Shown here piece by piece: positions 9,650 to 19,235 of a DNA stretch of 31,195 bases; position 1 is the first letter of the stretch; every line of letters begins with the position of its first letter. The translations under genes and the position numbers were made by a program. The notes below the pieces were generated by a model. The model did not search any database, was not told the DNA's origin, and saw only the letters and a list, made by a program, of their open reading frames with translations. Source of the stretch: an uncultured Chroococcidiopsis sp. (GTDB taxonomy: Bacteria > Cyanobacteriota > Cyanobacteriia > Cyanobacteriales > Chroococcidiopsidaceae); assembly GCA_964248365.1 (NCBI GenBank), contig CAXTYC010000049.1, positions 1 to 31,195 of the forward strand, given 5' to 3'.

Positions 9650-10118
9650 AAATCTACGCTTGCGCTTCTTAAAAGGTTTTTCACCACAAGTTTAGAATCA
9701 TAGCAAACTACATCAAGATTGAGGCATTTGACACATACGCAATGCTTCAAACTAGTAATTCATGTATATTGCCAACTCGATATATACGACAATATTTTTG
9801 TAATTATCTTAACTATTAATATCTTCTTTGACAGGAGAGCAGGTGTAGAAATTCCGATAATTTCATAAGAATTTCTTAACGCTTGCAGACAAGGCAATTT
9901 ATTTTTCTTAATCTAAAAACTAAATTTAGAGTAGAATCTAATGTAGAATTCAGTATAAAAATGAGCAGCAACCCACGCCGATGCGGGGCAATATAGCGAC
10001 TTTAAAAAGAGAAAGTAGTTGCCGTCGTATTCGCAATTTATGTTAGAGGAGCAAGGTTTGCAACTCTTAACAAAAATCAGCATTATTGTCATATAACTAG
10101 CTAATTTATGTCTTCTCT

Positions 10119-11351
10119 ATGCGCAAACCAGTTTTGACTATCTTCTACCAATTCAACCCTTGGTTTCCAACTATAGGAGGTATTCAAACGATTATACGTT
10201 ACTTTATTAAATACGCTCCCAGTGAATTTGATGTGCGCTTGGTAGGAACAACAGAAAAAGCAACCATCACCACAGATACATGGCAATCAGCCGAATTAGA
10301 AGGTAGGGCAATTCAGTTTTTTCCCTTATTTACCTTGCAAAATGACAATGTAAGAACTTTGATCCCCACCACAATTAAGTACACATCTGCCCTTTGGGGA
10401 CGCACTCTTGCCTCGGACTTCATGCACTTTCATAGAATTGAACCAACCATAGCAACACTCAAATGGAAGGGTGATAAAACTCTTTTTATTCATAATGATA
10501 TTCAAAAGCAAATTGCGTCAAAAGACCAGAAAAAAGCAGTTTTATGGCGCTATTTTCCAGCAGGTTATTTTGCGACGGAACGTTTGCTAATCAATCAATT
10601 TACGCAAATTTTCTCATGTAACACCGAATCAGTAAAACTTTATCACCAGCGTTATCCCCATCTTGCCGACCGGATTGAATACCTGAAGAACCCAGTAGAC
10701 AATGAGATTTTCTATCCTCTGGCTAGCTCAAAACGTAATGAGGTTAGGCGAAACTATGCACGGCAGCTAGGGCTATCTGATGACACACGTTTTGTACTAT
10801 TTGCTGGTCGCCTGCATCCACAAAAAGATCCAATTCTGCTAGTGCGTTCAATAGCTGCTTTGCAACAACAAAATGTACACTTGCTGATTGCAGGTGAGGG
10901 AGAATTAGCAGACGAAGTGCAGGCTGAGATTTGCCAGCTTGGACTTTCTGAACAGATAACGATGCTTGGGGGAGTAGTTCAGGCAAAAGTTGCACACCTG
11001 CTGCAAATTTCTAGCGTATTCGTGCTGACAAGTTCCTACGAGGGTTTACCATTGGTAGTTCTCGAAGCGTTAGCTTGTGGTACACCGATAGTCACCACGA
11101 ACTGCGGTGAAACTCCAAACCTGCTTTGTGCTAACAGTGGAATTGTTTGCCCAGAACGTACTCCTATAGCAATTGCCTCTGCGATTAGCAAAGTACTACT
11201 GCGCCCAGATGATTACTCGGTTGGGTCTTGTGTGCAGGCAGCTTCACCCTATGCTGTTCGTAATATCATAAATACCGTTTATAGTCAGATGTGGCAACGC
11301 TGGGAACAGCGCCTTTTATCTGGTATCCCAAGCAAGTTATCAGCCAGCTAG
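10119..11351 (+). CDS. Glycosyltransferase family 4
   Basis: GGIQT N-terminal loop, LFAGRLHPQKDP, SSYEGLPLVVLEALACGTPIV. Confidence 0.92.
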   Translation: MRKPVLTIFYQFNPWFPTIGGIQTIIRYFIKYAPSEFDVRLVGTTEKATITTDTWQSAELEGRAIQFFPLFTLQNDNVRTLIPTTIKYTSALWGRTLASDFMHFHRIEPTIATLKWKGDKTLFIHNDIQKQIASKDQKKAVLWRYFPAGYFATERLLINQFTQIFSCNTESVKLYHQRYPHLADRIEYLKNPVDNEIFYPLASSKRNEVRRNYARQLGLSDDTRFVLFAGRLHPQKDPILLVRSIAALQQQNVHLLIAGEGELADEVQAEICQLGLSEQITMLGGVVQAKVAHLLQISSVFVLTSSYEGLPLVVLEALACGTPIVTTNCGETPNLLCANSGIVCPERTPIAIASAISKVLLRPDDYSVGSCVQAASPYAVRNIINTVYSQMWQRWEQRLLSGIPSKLSAS

Positions 11352-11545
11352 CTCCAGATTGAGCTAGACAGTTTTGAGGTGTTGAACTATACCAATCCAA
11401 CTAATGAAACACATTCCTAATTCAGAATAACCTTATTCTACTTTCAAAAAGCGGCTGCCGATGCTATCGAAAACCACTGATTTAAAAGCCCACTATTTAT
11501 GATATAAAGCAAAACTAGCCTACCCAAGATTTATAGTTGGACATA

Positions 11546-12583
11546 ATGGAACGTAAGCATTCAGAATTTCCAGCGATCGCGCCTGTTTCTCAAGGAATTC
11601 ACAGACCACTGTGGTCAGTAATGATTCCTACGTACAATAACACGAAGTATTTAACGCGCACACTCAAAAGTGTGCTAGAACAAGCTCCCAGCCCAGAGTT
11701 AATGCAAATTGAAGTTATAGATAATTGTTCAACACAAGACGATCCTGAAGCGTTAGTTAGAGACTTAGGTAGAGGACGAGTAAGTTTCTATCGTCAATCC
11801 CAAAATCTAGGTATAATTGGTAATTTTAATACTTGTGTTGAGCGTAGCACTGGGCTGATTGTACATATCCTACATAGTGATGATATCGTCTTGCCTGGAT
11901 TCTACAAAATCTTACAAGAAGCATTCAATCAAGAACCGACAATCGGCGCAGCGTTCTGCCGTTCAATATATATAGACGAAAATGATGTTCAAATCGGGTT
12001 ATCACCACTAAGCAGGACAACATCTGGCGTTTTTCCAGACTTACTAGAACAAATTGCCAGTTCGCATATGATTGAATCTCCTGCTTTTGTAGTTAGACGT
12101 AGTGTTTACGAACAATTAGGTGGATATCATCCAGATTTATTTCATGCTGCTGATACAGAAATGTACATGAGAGTTGTATCACACTACCCAGTTTGGTGTG
12201 AGCCGACATTACTAGCATATTATCGTAAGCACTCCTCTTCATATACTTCTGGTTTGTTCGAGTCTGGCGCAAACCTTGCTAACGTCCGTAGAGCGATCGA
12301 GATCTCAGAATTATACTTGCCTAACACGATCGTGGCTAAACTTAGGGAGTTTGAGGCAGTGAATGCTTTTAGAACAGTATGCTGGCGAGTAATCCAACTA
12401 GATTTTAGTACCGCAAGTATACATATGCGAGAAGCACTTAAATGTAGTCGTTCCTTCAGAGTTATTGGTAAAATGTTTCTCTTTTTAGTTGTGTTTTTGA
12501 CTGAGGGTGGAGTACGTCGAAGCCAAAAGACACTCTCAAATGTGAAAAACTACTTCACAAAGAAACATCAGGTTAATCCTTAG
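11546..12583 (+). CDS. Glycosyltransferase family 2
   Basis: WSVMIPTYN, IDNCSTQD, ILHSDD, VYEQLGGY; ATG 11546 preferred over TTG 11537. Confidence 0.92.
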   Translation: MERKHSEFPAIAPVSQGIHRPLWSVMIPTYNNTKYLTRTLKSVLEQAPSPELMQIEVIDNCSTQDDPEALVRDLGRGRVSFYRQSQNLGIIGNFNTCVERSTGLIVHILHSDDIVLPGFYKILQEAFNQEPTIGAAFCRSIYIDENDVQIGLSPLSRTTSGVFPDLLEQIASSHMIESPAFVVRRSVYEQLGGYHPDLFHAADTEMYMRVVSHYPVWCEPTLLAYYRKHSSSYTSGLFESGANLANVRRAIEISELYLPNTIVAKLREFEAVNAFRTVCWRVIQLDFSTASIHMREALKCSRSFRVIGKMFLFLVVFLTEGGVRRSQKTLSNVKNYFTKKHQVNP

Positions 12584-12675
12584 AAGCTGTTTCTGGAATT
12601 ATTGCTGCTTGTCGAGGCATCAGGTAGAGAATTTGCTACAAGTTTTACAAAGGATAACGGTGGTGTAATGCACCT

Positions 12676-13148
12676 TTTTGATATGTTTTTACACCAACGC
12701 TTCCGTGCAAATTTGAAGCACGACAGCTGATTGGCTACGGTTAAAGATTTTAATTAATCATATTATGCGAAAGAGTAAATTTAAATACAACTATATATAA
12801 ATCTAGTAAGTAATTTTAAATACACGTATCTAGAAATAGGAGATGATTTGATAAAATCAACCGTCGAAAGAAGCTTGATTTTACAAACTTGAATATCTAT
12901 CATAAATTCTCTTTTGGTATTTTTTTACACCAACGCTTCCGTGCAAATTTGAAGCACAACAGCTGATTGGCTACGGTTAAAGATTTTAATTAATCATATT
13001 ATGCGAAAGAGTAAATTTAAATACAACTATATATAAATCTAGTAAGTAATTTTAAATACACGTATCTAGAAATAGGAGATGATTTGCTCAAGTCAACTGT
13101 CGAAAGAAGCTTGATTTTACAAACTTTAATATCTATAATAACTTCTCT
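12676..13148. repeat. 236-bp non-coding tandem duplication
   Basis: About 12676-12911 and 12912-13148 align at a constant 236-nt offset with roughly ten substitutions. Confidence 0.95.
12775..12823 (+). promoter_or_regulatory. Two GTA-N8-TAC (NtcA-box-like) sites; repeated at 13011-13024 and 13046-13059
   Basis: GTAAATTTAAATAC (12775-12788) and GTAATTTTAAATAC (12810-12823); TAATTT (TAN3T) starts after a 22-nt spacer from the first box. Confidence 0.4.
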
Positions 13149-13284
13149 AGTTCAATAATCAAACTAGTAGATATGCGTGAAGATTTAAAATTTTCTTATA
13201 AATTTCAATTTAGTGTCCCTTAGCGTAGCTGATTTAGGTAAAGCCCTATACTTTATTTTCGCAAAACTACGAGGTTGATCAAAC

Positions 13285-14463
13285 GTGAAAATTGCAGTAA
13301 TCGGTGCAAAAGGTCTACCCGCACGTCAAGGAGGTGTAGAGCATCACTGTCAAGAGATCTATTCTCGTATGGTTAAACAAGGTCACTGTGTAGATTTATT
13401 TGCTCGTTCCTCATACAACGATTCTCAACACATCCAAAATACACATTGTTTTGGTGTTAAAGTTATTCCCTTACCAGGTTTAAAGTTAAAAGGACTAGAC
13501 GCTTTTGTCAGCTCTGCGCTTGGGGCGATCGCTTCGAGTAGAATGTCCTACGACATTATCCATTTTCACGCTTTAGGTCCTGCTATCTTTAGTTGGCTAC
13601 CAAAAGTAATTTCTTCGGCTAAAATTGTTGTAACTTGTCATGGGTTGGACTGGGCGCGTGCCAAATGGGGCAAAATTCCTAGCTTTCTGCTGCGCCAGGG
13701 AGAAAACAACGCAGTACAATTTGCTGATGAAATTATTGTTGTTTCAGAGGAATTACGTTCTTATTTTAGACAAGTTTATGGGATAGGAACAGTTTATATT
13801 CCCAACGCAGCCGCCAACTATGCTCAATCTGACCCTAATTTCTCTTACGGAACCTCACTAGGTTTAAATCAGGGACGTTACATTCTGTTCGTTGGTAGAC
13901 TTGTACCTGAAAAGCGACCCGAACTATTAATTGAAGCATTTCAAGCCTTAAAGCTACCTGGCTGGAAGCTCGTAGTTGTAGGTGGCACAAGTGACACTGA
14001 GTATTTCACCTCACAAGTCATAAAGCTGGCTGCCAGTAGTCCAGATATAATTTTTACAGGCGAACTATGGGGATCTCACTTGGCAGAAATTGTTCGTGGG
14101 GCAGGATTGTTTGTACTTCCATCCGATGTAGAAGGGCTACCGATGGTGATGCTAGAGGCAATGAAAGAAGGTATCCCAGTGCTAGCAAGTGATATTGGGA
14201 TCAATAAAAAATTAACAGATGAGGGGCGAGGGTTAGTATTTACAGCAGGCAGCCTTAGTAGTTGTATATCCACTTTAGAATGGGCAATTGCTCACCCTAA
14301 AGAAATTGCGGCTTCGGCTCAAAAGGCACAAAACTACGTCCAGGCAAACTACAACTGGGATTACATTACTAACGAAACTTTGGATGTATATTATAGTCTG
14401 CTAGGTTTAAAAAGTCAATCAATGCCAATCAATAAGAGTAAAGTAGTCATACCTGGTAATTAA
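13285..14463 (+). CDS. Glycosyltransferase family 4
   Basis: KIAVIGAKGLPARQGGVEHH, LFVGRLVPEKRP, PSDVEGLPMVMLEAM; GAGG upstream of the GTG start. Confidence 0.93.
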   Translation: MKIAVIGAKGLPARQGGVEHHCQEIYSRMVKQGHCVDLFARSSYNDSQHIQNTHCFGVKVIPLPGLKLKGLDAFVSSALGAIASSRMSYDIIHFHALGPAIFSWLPKVISSAKIVVTCHGLDWARAKWGKIPSFLLRQGENNAVQFADEIIVVSEELRSYFRQVYGIGTVYIPNAAANYAQSDPNFSYGTSLGLNQGRYILFVGRLVPEKRPELLIEAFQALKLPGWKLVVVGGTSDTEYFTSQVIKLAASSPDIIFTGELWGSHLAEIVRGAGLFVLPSDVEGLPMVMLEAMKEGIPVLASDIGINKKLTDEGRGLVFTAGSLSSCISTLEWAIAHPKEIAASAQKAQNYVQANYNWDYITNETLDVYYSLLGLKSQSMPINKSKVVIPGN

Positions 14464-14543
14464 ATAAAAATTAACACAGATCTAGGGTAATATTATACGC
14501 ATCTCCCTGGCGAGGAGTAGGTCACTGAAATTTTGCCTTGACC

Positions 14544-14572
14544 AAAACTAAAACACCAGGTGTTTTAGTTTT
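14544..14572. promoter_or_regulatory. Perfect 14-bp inverted repeat upstream of wzc
   Basis: AAAACTAAAACACC-A-GGTGTTTTAGTTTT. Confidence 0.6.
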
Positions 14573-14632
14573 AAATTCAATTAAGCGATTCCAATCATCT
14601 CTATTCATAGTGTAACCTCTTTAAAGATTTAT

Positions 14633-16840
14633 ATGAAACCTGTAGAAAGCACTGTATCTCTAGATTCTTTAGAATTAGACGTTCAGCATTACTGGTTACT
14701 TCTGAAAAGACGTTGGATTCCGGCTGCAATTGTTTTTGGAACTACATTTATACTTGCAGGTATTGCTATAAGTTTAGGAAAGCCCGTTTATACAACTCAA
14801 GGAAAGATATTAGTAGATTCTAATCGCCAGGCATTTTTCTCTTCAACAGGATTGGGCTTAGAGAAAGAAAATTCTTATTCGTCTAACTTACAAGTTAATC
14901 CGTTGAAAACACAAGCAGAGGTTATGCTTTCTCTGCCTTTAATTCAGAAAACTATAGATGACTTACAGTTGAAGGATGAAAAAGGTAAGGATCTCGACCC
15001 AGAAGTACTCCAAAAAAGTCTTGATGTAAAAAATATTACTGGAACGGATGTACTGCAAGTTTCATATAAAAGTAGGAACCCGAAGCAAGCAGCAGCCGTA
15101 GTGAATACGATTATGAATAGTTACATATATAATAATATATTTACAGATCGAATTCAGGCAAGTGCTGCTAGGAAATTTATCGACGAGCAGCTACCAAAAA
15201 GCGAGGCTAATGTTCGGCAAGCAGATGCAGCTTTGCGGAAATTTAAAGAACAAAATAACGTTACAAATTTGGATGAAGAGGAAAAAACTGTATTAGCTAA
15301 ACTTTCAGATTTAGACAGTGAAATTACTAAAGTTAAGACCGACTTAAACACTGCTACCATTAATGCCACAGAAATTCCAAAAAAACTTGGGATAAATTCC
15401 CAAGAGGCGCTCGCCTTAAGCTCTCTAAGTCAGTCGCCGGGAATTCAGCAACTATTTGAGGAACTACAACAGGTAGAGCAACAATTGAAGGTCGCACAAA
15501 CTCGCTATAATGAGCAGTTTCCTGAAGTAATTAATTTACAGCGTAAGCAAGCAGCTTTAAAAGCTGTACTCCAGCAGCGTGTAACTGGGGAGCTTGGTAG
15601 TCAAACGCAATTATTAAATAATCAATTACGACTTGGCGATCTCGAACAAAAACTAATTCAAGATTTTGTTGTTGCACAATTAGAACGCCAAACCCTATCT
15701 GGTCGTTTACAGGTACTATCTCAAACACGAGACTTTTATCAGAGACGGATTAATAGTTTACCTCGCATAGAACAAGACCAGCGAGAATTACAGCGCAGAT
15801 TAGAAGCATCTCAATCAACATACGAAACACTGTTAAAAAAGCTGCAAGAGGTACAAATTGCTGAAAAACAGAATTTGGGTAATGCCCGAATTATTCAGGC
15901 TGCGATCGTGCCTGACAAACCTTCAAATAGCAAAATTTTATTAGTATTACTAGCTTTAATCGTAGCTACCCTACTAGCAATAATTACTGTAATTATTTTA
16001 GAAATTAGAGATCCATCACTTAAAACGATTAAACAAGCAAGTAAACTATTTGGCTATACATATCTAGGGAAAATTCCGTATGTAGGCAAACGAGTTATGT
16101 TGCTTGGGAAAAATCAAAAATTGCCAAGTCCAGAGCTACTTGTAGGAAACGATTCCCGTTCTCCTGCGAGGGCTGCATACCGTATGCTTCAAGCCAGACT
16201 GAATTTTATATCTTCAAATAGAGAGCTAAAAATTGTTGTAGTAACCAGTTCAGTTCCCAAAGAAGGTAAATCTACAGTTTGTGCAAATTTAGCTTTAACT
16301 GTAGCTCAGTTAGGATGTAAGGTTTTGCTAGTAGATGCAGATATGCACTGTCCATCCCAACAGCGGATCTGGAACTTAAATAACACAACAGGTCTGAGCA
16401 ATATTCTGATTGACCAGGTGAAGAATAATGAAATTCCTCATGTAGATGTGGAAAAAGTCATGTTTAACTTAGATGTCATTACTGCTGGTATTACACCAGA
16501 CAATCCGCTAGCATTGCTAAATTCTAGGCAAATGGCATCATTAGTGAAATCTTTCTCTCAGCAATATGATTTTGTTATTATTGATTCCCCGCCTCTAAAT
16601 TGTGAACCTGAAGCCCTTGCCTTAGGCAAAATTACAGATGGCATCTTATTAGTAGTCCGCCCTGGCGTTGTAGATTTTAATAGCGCTCTGACTGCTAAAG
16701 AGTTGCTAGAGCAGACAAAGCAAAACGTTTTAGGCATGATTATCAATGGATCGGCTCTAGAAAATAATGACTATGCCGCCGGATATCAAAGTAGGATACC
16801 TAACAACAAGAAATATGAGCAACTCGCGCGGCGCGGTTGA
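14633..16840 (+). CDS. wzc: Polysaccharide co-polymerase / tyrosine autokinase (Wzc/GumC family)
   Basis: Two TM segments flanking a long coiled coil; Walker A TSSVPKEGKST, LLVDADM, IIDSPP. Confidence 0.92.
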   Translation: MKPVESTVSLDSLELDVQHYWLLLKRRWIPAAIVFGTTFILAGIAISLGKPVYTTQGKILVDSNRQAFFSSTGLGLEKENSYSSNLQVNPLKTQAEVMLSLPLIQKTIDDLQLKDEKGKDLDPEVLQKSLDVKNITGTDVLQVSYKSRNPKQAAAVVNTIMNSYIYNNIFTDRIQASAARKFIDEQLPKSEANVRQADAALRKFKEQNNVTNLDEEEKTVLAKLSDLDSEITKVKTDLNTATINATEIPKKLGINSQEALALSSLSQSPGIQQLFEELQQVEQQLKVAQTRYNEQFPEVINLQRKQAALKAVLQQRVTGELGSQTQLLNNQLRLGDLEQKLIQDFVVAQLERQTLSGRLQVLSQTRDFYQRRINSLPRIEQDQRELQRRLEASQSTYETLLKKLQEVQIAEKQNLGNARIIQAAIVPDKPSNSKILLVLLALIVATLLAIITVIILEIRDPSLKTIKQASKLFGYTYLGKIPYVGKRVMLLGKNQKLPSPELLVGNDSRSPARAAYRMLQARLNFISSNRELKIVVVTSSVPKEGKSTVCANLALTVAQLGCKVLLVDADMHCPSQQRIWNLNNTTGLSNILIDQVKNNEIPHVDVEKVMFNLDVITAGITPDNPLALLNSRQMASLVKSFSQQYDFVIIDSPPLNCEPEALALGKITDGILLVVRPGVVDFNSALTAKELLEQTKQNVLGMIINGSALENNDYAAGYQSRIPNNKKYEQLARRG

Positions 16841-16938
16841 CAAATAGTTACTAACTATCTATTACCGTTTTTTACCAAAAATTTTTATGCTGGGAGAGTT
16901 GGTTTGCTCTATACCACTGGCTACTTTAGGGAATTAAT

Positions 16939-18324
16939 ATGAGTTTAAAGTCTAAAGTACTGCGTGGAGGTCTCTTCCTAGTAATACGTGAAGGGATGGG
17001 GATGGTAATCAGCCTGGGTGGTATTCTCCTACTCACCCGTGCCATAGGTCCACAGCAATATGGACTTTATGTAGCAGCGTATGGAATTTTTTACTATTGC
17101 CAAAATCTCAGTCAGCTAGGAGTTGGAGCCTATCTGGTGCGTCGAGAAGGGGAGGAGGAATCGAGAGTATATCATCAAGCTTTTACTCTTCTGCTTTTGC
17201 TAGGAGTAGGCGTAATGCTTTTAGCTCTTCTAGGATTTCCTCTACTAGAAGGTTGGTTAAAAATAAAAGGGTTTGGTCCCATAGCTCAAGTATTATTTCT
17301 GGGACTACCGATAGTTCTATTGCAACAAGTACCGTTAGCGAAGTTAGAGCGGCACCTAGATTACAAGCGAGTCGCTTCAATTGAGCTAGCCGATCAGATA
17401 GTTTATTTTATTGTAGCCTTGCCGATCGCTTTTGCCGGAGGTGGTGCATGGTCTCCCGTCGTTGGATGGTGGGTTCAGCAAGTTCAAGCTATCATACTTC
17501 TGCATTGGGCTGCATCGTATCGACCTCAAATCTATTGGCAGCCGGATTTAGCGAAGCCAATGTTTAGGTACAGCGTAACCTTATCAGCCTCGTCCTGGGG
17601 CTGGCAGCTACGTACCTTAATTAACCCATTAATAGTGGGTCGCTACGCTGGAGTTGAGGCTGTAGCCTTTGTAGCTTTGGCAAATCGTATGGTAGAAACC
17701 CTAAGTTTCGCAAGAACAGCGACCTTTCGGATTTCGATGGCAGCTCTTGCACATCTACAGGGCGATCGCTCTCGATTAAAGAAAGCCGTGACTGAGGGCA
17801 TAGGTTTGCAAGTCTTGGCTTTAGGTCCGTTGTTGGTGATAGTTGCTTGGCTAGGTCCCTGGGTGATCCCGATGTTGTTCGGTTCCCGTTGGGAGCCTGC
17901 AATGGCGGTCTACCCTTTTATTGCTTTAAGCTCTCTGACTAATTCGGTCTTTAGTATGCATTCAGCAACACTTTATGTATTATTTCGCAACTGGGAGGTT
18001 ACAGTCTATCACTTGGTATATATAGCTCTTTTTGCCCTCGCCGCATTTTTATTAGTTCCCTCTTTTGGACTGGTGGGCTACGGCTGGGCTGAATGTGCAA
18101 CCATAGCAAGCTATATTACGCTCCACGCCTACCTAGTGCGGGAAGTAGGAAGCCCTGATTATCGGCTAGTCGGACTATGGTGGGGTGCGTTTGCGATCGC
18201 TTTATTTCCTTACCAGTTAGGGTGGTGGGTTGTTCTCGGTTTAGTAGCAGTAGCCTTGATACCTCAAACACGTCAAAGGGTGGGTGACTACATCAAAACA
18301 ATCAGGGGAGGAGTTGGGGCGTGA
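16939..18324 (+). CDS. wzx: Oligosaccharide flippase (Wzx family)
   Basis: Highly hydrophobic, about 12 TM; LLTRAIGPQQYG, LFGSRW.PA motifs; position in the cluster. Confidence 0.88.
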   Translation: MSLKSKVLRGGLFLVIREGMGMVISLGGILLLTRAIGPQQYGLYVAAYGIFYYCQNLSQLGVGAYLVRREGEEESRVYHQAFTLLLLLGVGVMLLALLGFPLLEGWLKIKGFGPIAQVLFLGLPIVLLQQVPLAKLERHLDYKRVASIELADQIVYFIVALPIAFAGGGAWSPVVGWWVQQVQAIILLHWAASYRPQIYWQPDLAKPMFRYSVTLSASSWGWQLRTLINPLIVGRYAGVEAVAFVALANRMVETLSFARTATFRISMAALAHLQGDRSRLKKAVTEGIGLQVLALGPLLVIVAWLGPWVIPMLFGSRWEPAMAVYPFIALSSLTNSVFSMHSATLYVLFRNWEVTVYHLVYIALFALAAFLLVPSFGLVGYGWAECATIASYITLHAYLVREVGSPDYRLVGLWWGAFAIALFPYQLGWWVVLGLVAVALIPQTRQRVGDYIKTIRGGVGA

Positions 18325-19235
18325 ATTGTCCACCTCTGGTCAGTATCATTATCAATAACTATAACTACGGACGCTTTCTTGTGGGGGCAATTGAGAGTGC
18401 CTTGAACCAAACTTATCCTCATACTGAAGTAATTGTGGTAGATGATGGTTCAACTGATAACTCACGAGAAATTATTGCCAGTTACACGCCTCAAGTTTTG
18501 CCTGTCCTCAAGGAAAATGGCGGACAAGCATCAGCCTTTAATGCCGGATTTGCTGCAAGTATTGGAGATATCATCTGCTTTCTAGACGCTGACGATCTGT
18601 TTGTGCCAGAAAAAGTGGCTGAAGTTGTTAAGACACTCAAAGACTATCAACAAAGCAGTTGGTGCTTCCACCCGCTCAAATTAGTAGATACTGATATCAA
18701 TCCGCTAGAAAACAATAATTATCCTGGCTTAGTGTACGAATGTGATTTGAGGCTGGATATCAAAAACGGTGGGTTGCGAGGTAAGCTCCCCTTTGCTATT
18801 CCTGGTACATCTGGCTTGTGTTTTACACGTTCGCTTTTGCAACAGATTCTACCCATGCCGGAAGCCCCTGCGATCGCCCTTAATGACAGTTACGTGCAAT
18901 TTACAGCGATCTCCTTGGGCAAAGGTTTTGCATTAGCTAAAGAATTATCACTGCAACGAGTACACAATGATAACGCTTATACCAAGAGAGCTAACAAGCA
19001 ACGGCTAGTAGCTAGGATTAACATTCTCACCGCTTATTGGATGCGAATCAACTTTCCCTCATTATATAAGTTTACAGACAAGCTATTTGCAGGTGGAATT
19101 GCAACTTACTGGCGTACAGGAGGTATAGAAACTACCTCAAAAGAAGTTATAAAAAAATATTGGGCATCATCGGTATTACCACTAGAGAAACTCAACATTA
19201 TTACTAGAGTTCTCTACTATAGCTTAAAGATATGA
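18321..19235 (+). CDS. Glycosyltransferase family 2
   Basis: VSIIINNYNYGRFL, VVDDGSTDNS, FLDADD; GTGA overlap with wzx. Confidence 0.93.
   Translation: MNCPPLVSIIINNYNYGRFLVGAIESALNQTYPHTEVIVVDDGSTDNSREIIASYTPQVLPVLKENGGQASAFNAGFAASIGDIICFLDADDLFVPEKVAEVVKTLKDYQQSSWCFHPLKLVDTDINPLENNNYPGLVYECDLRLDIKNGGLRGKLPFAIPGTSGLCFTRSLLQQILPMPEAPAIALNDSYVQFTAISLGKGFALAKELSLQRVHNDNAYTKRANKQRLVARINILTAYWMRINFPSLYKFTDKLFAGGIATYWRTGGIETTSKEVIKKYWASSVLPLEKLNIITRVLYYSLKI

Noticed and set aside
11387..11460. CTATACCAATCC resembling another MITE end
   Set aside because: No partner inverted repeat found.
12676..13148. Duplicated unit as a CRISPR array or IS
   Set aside because: Two long contiguous copies with no spacers, terminal IRs or transposase; no cas genes in the window.
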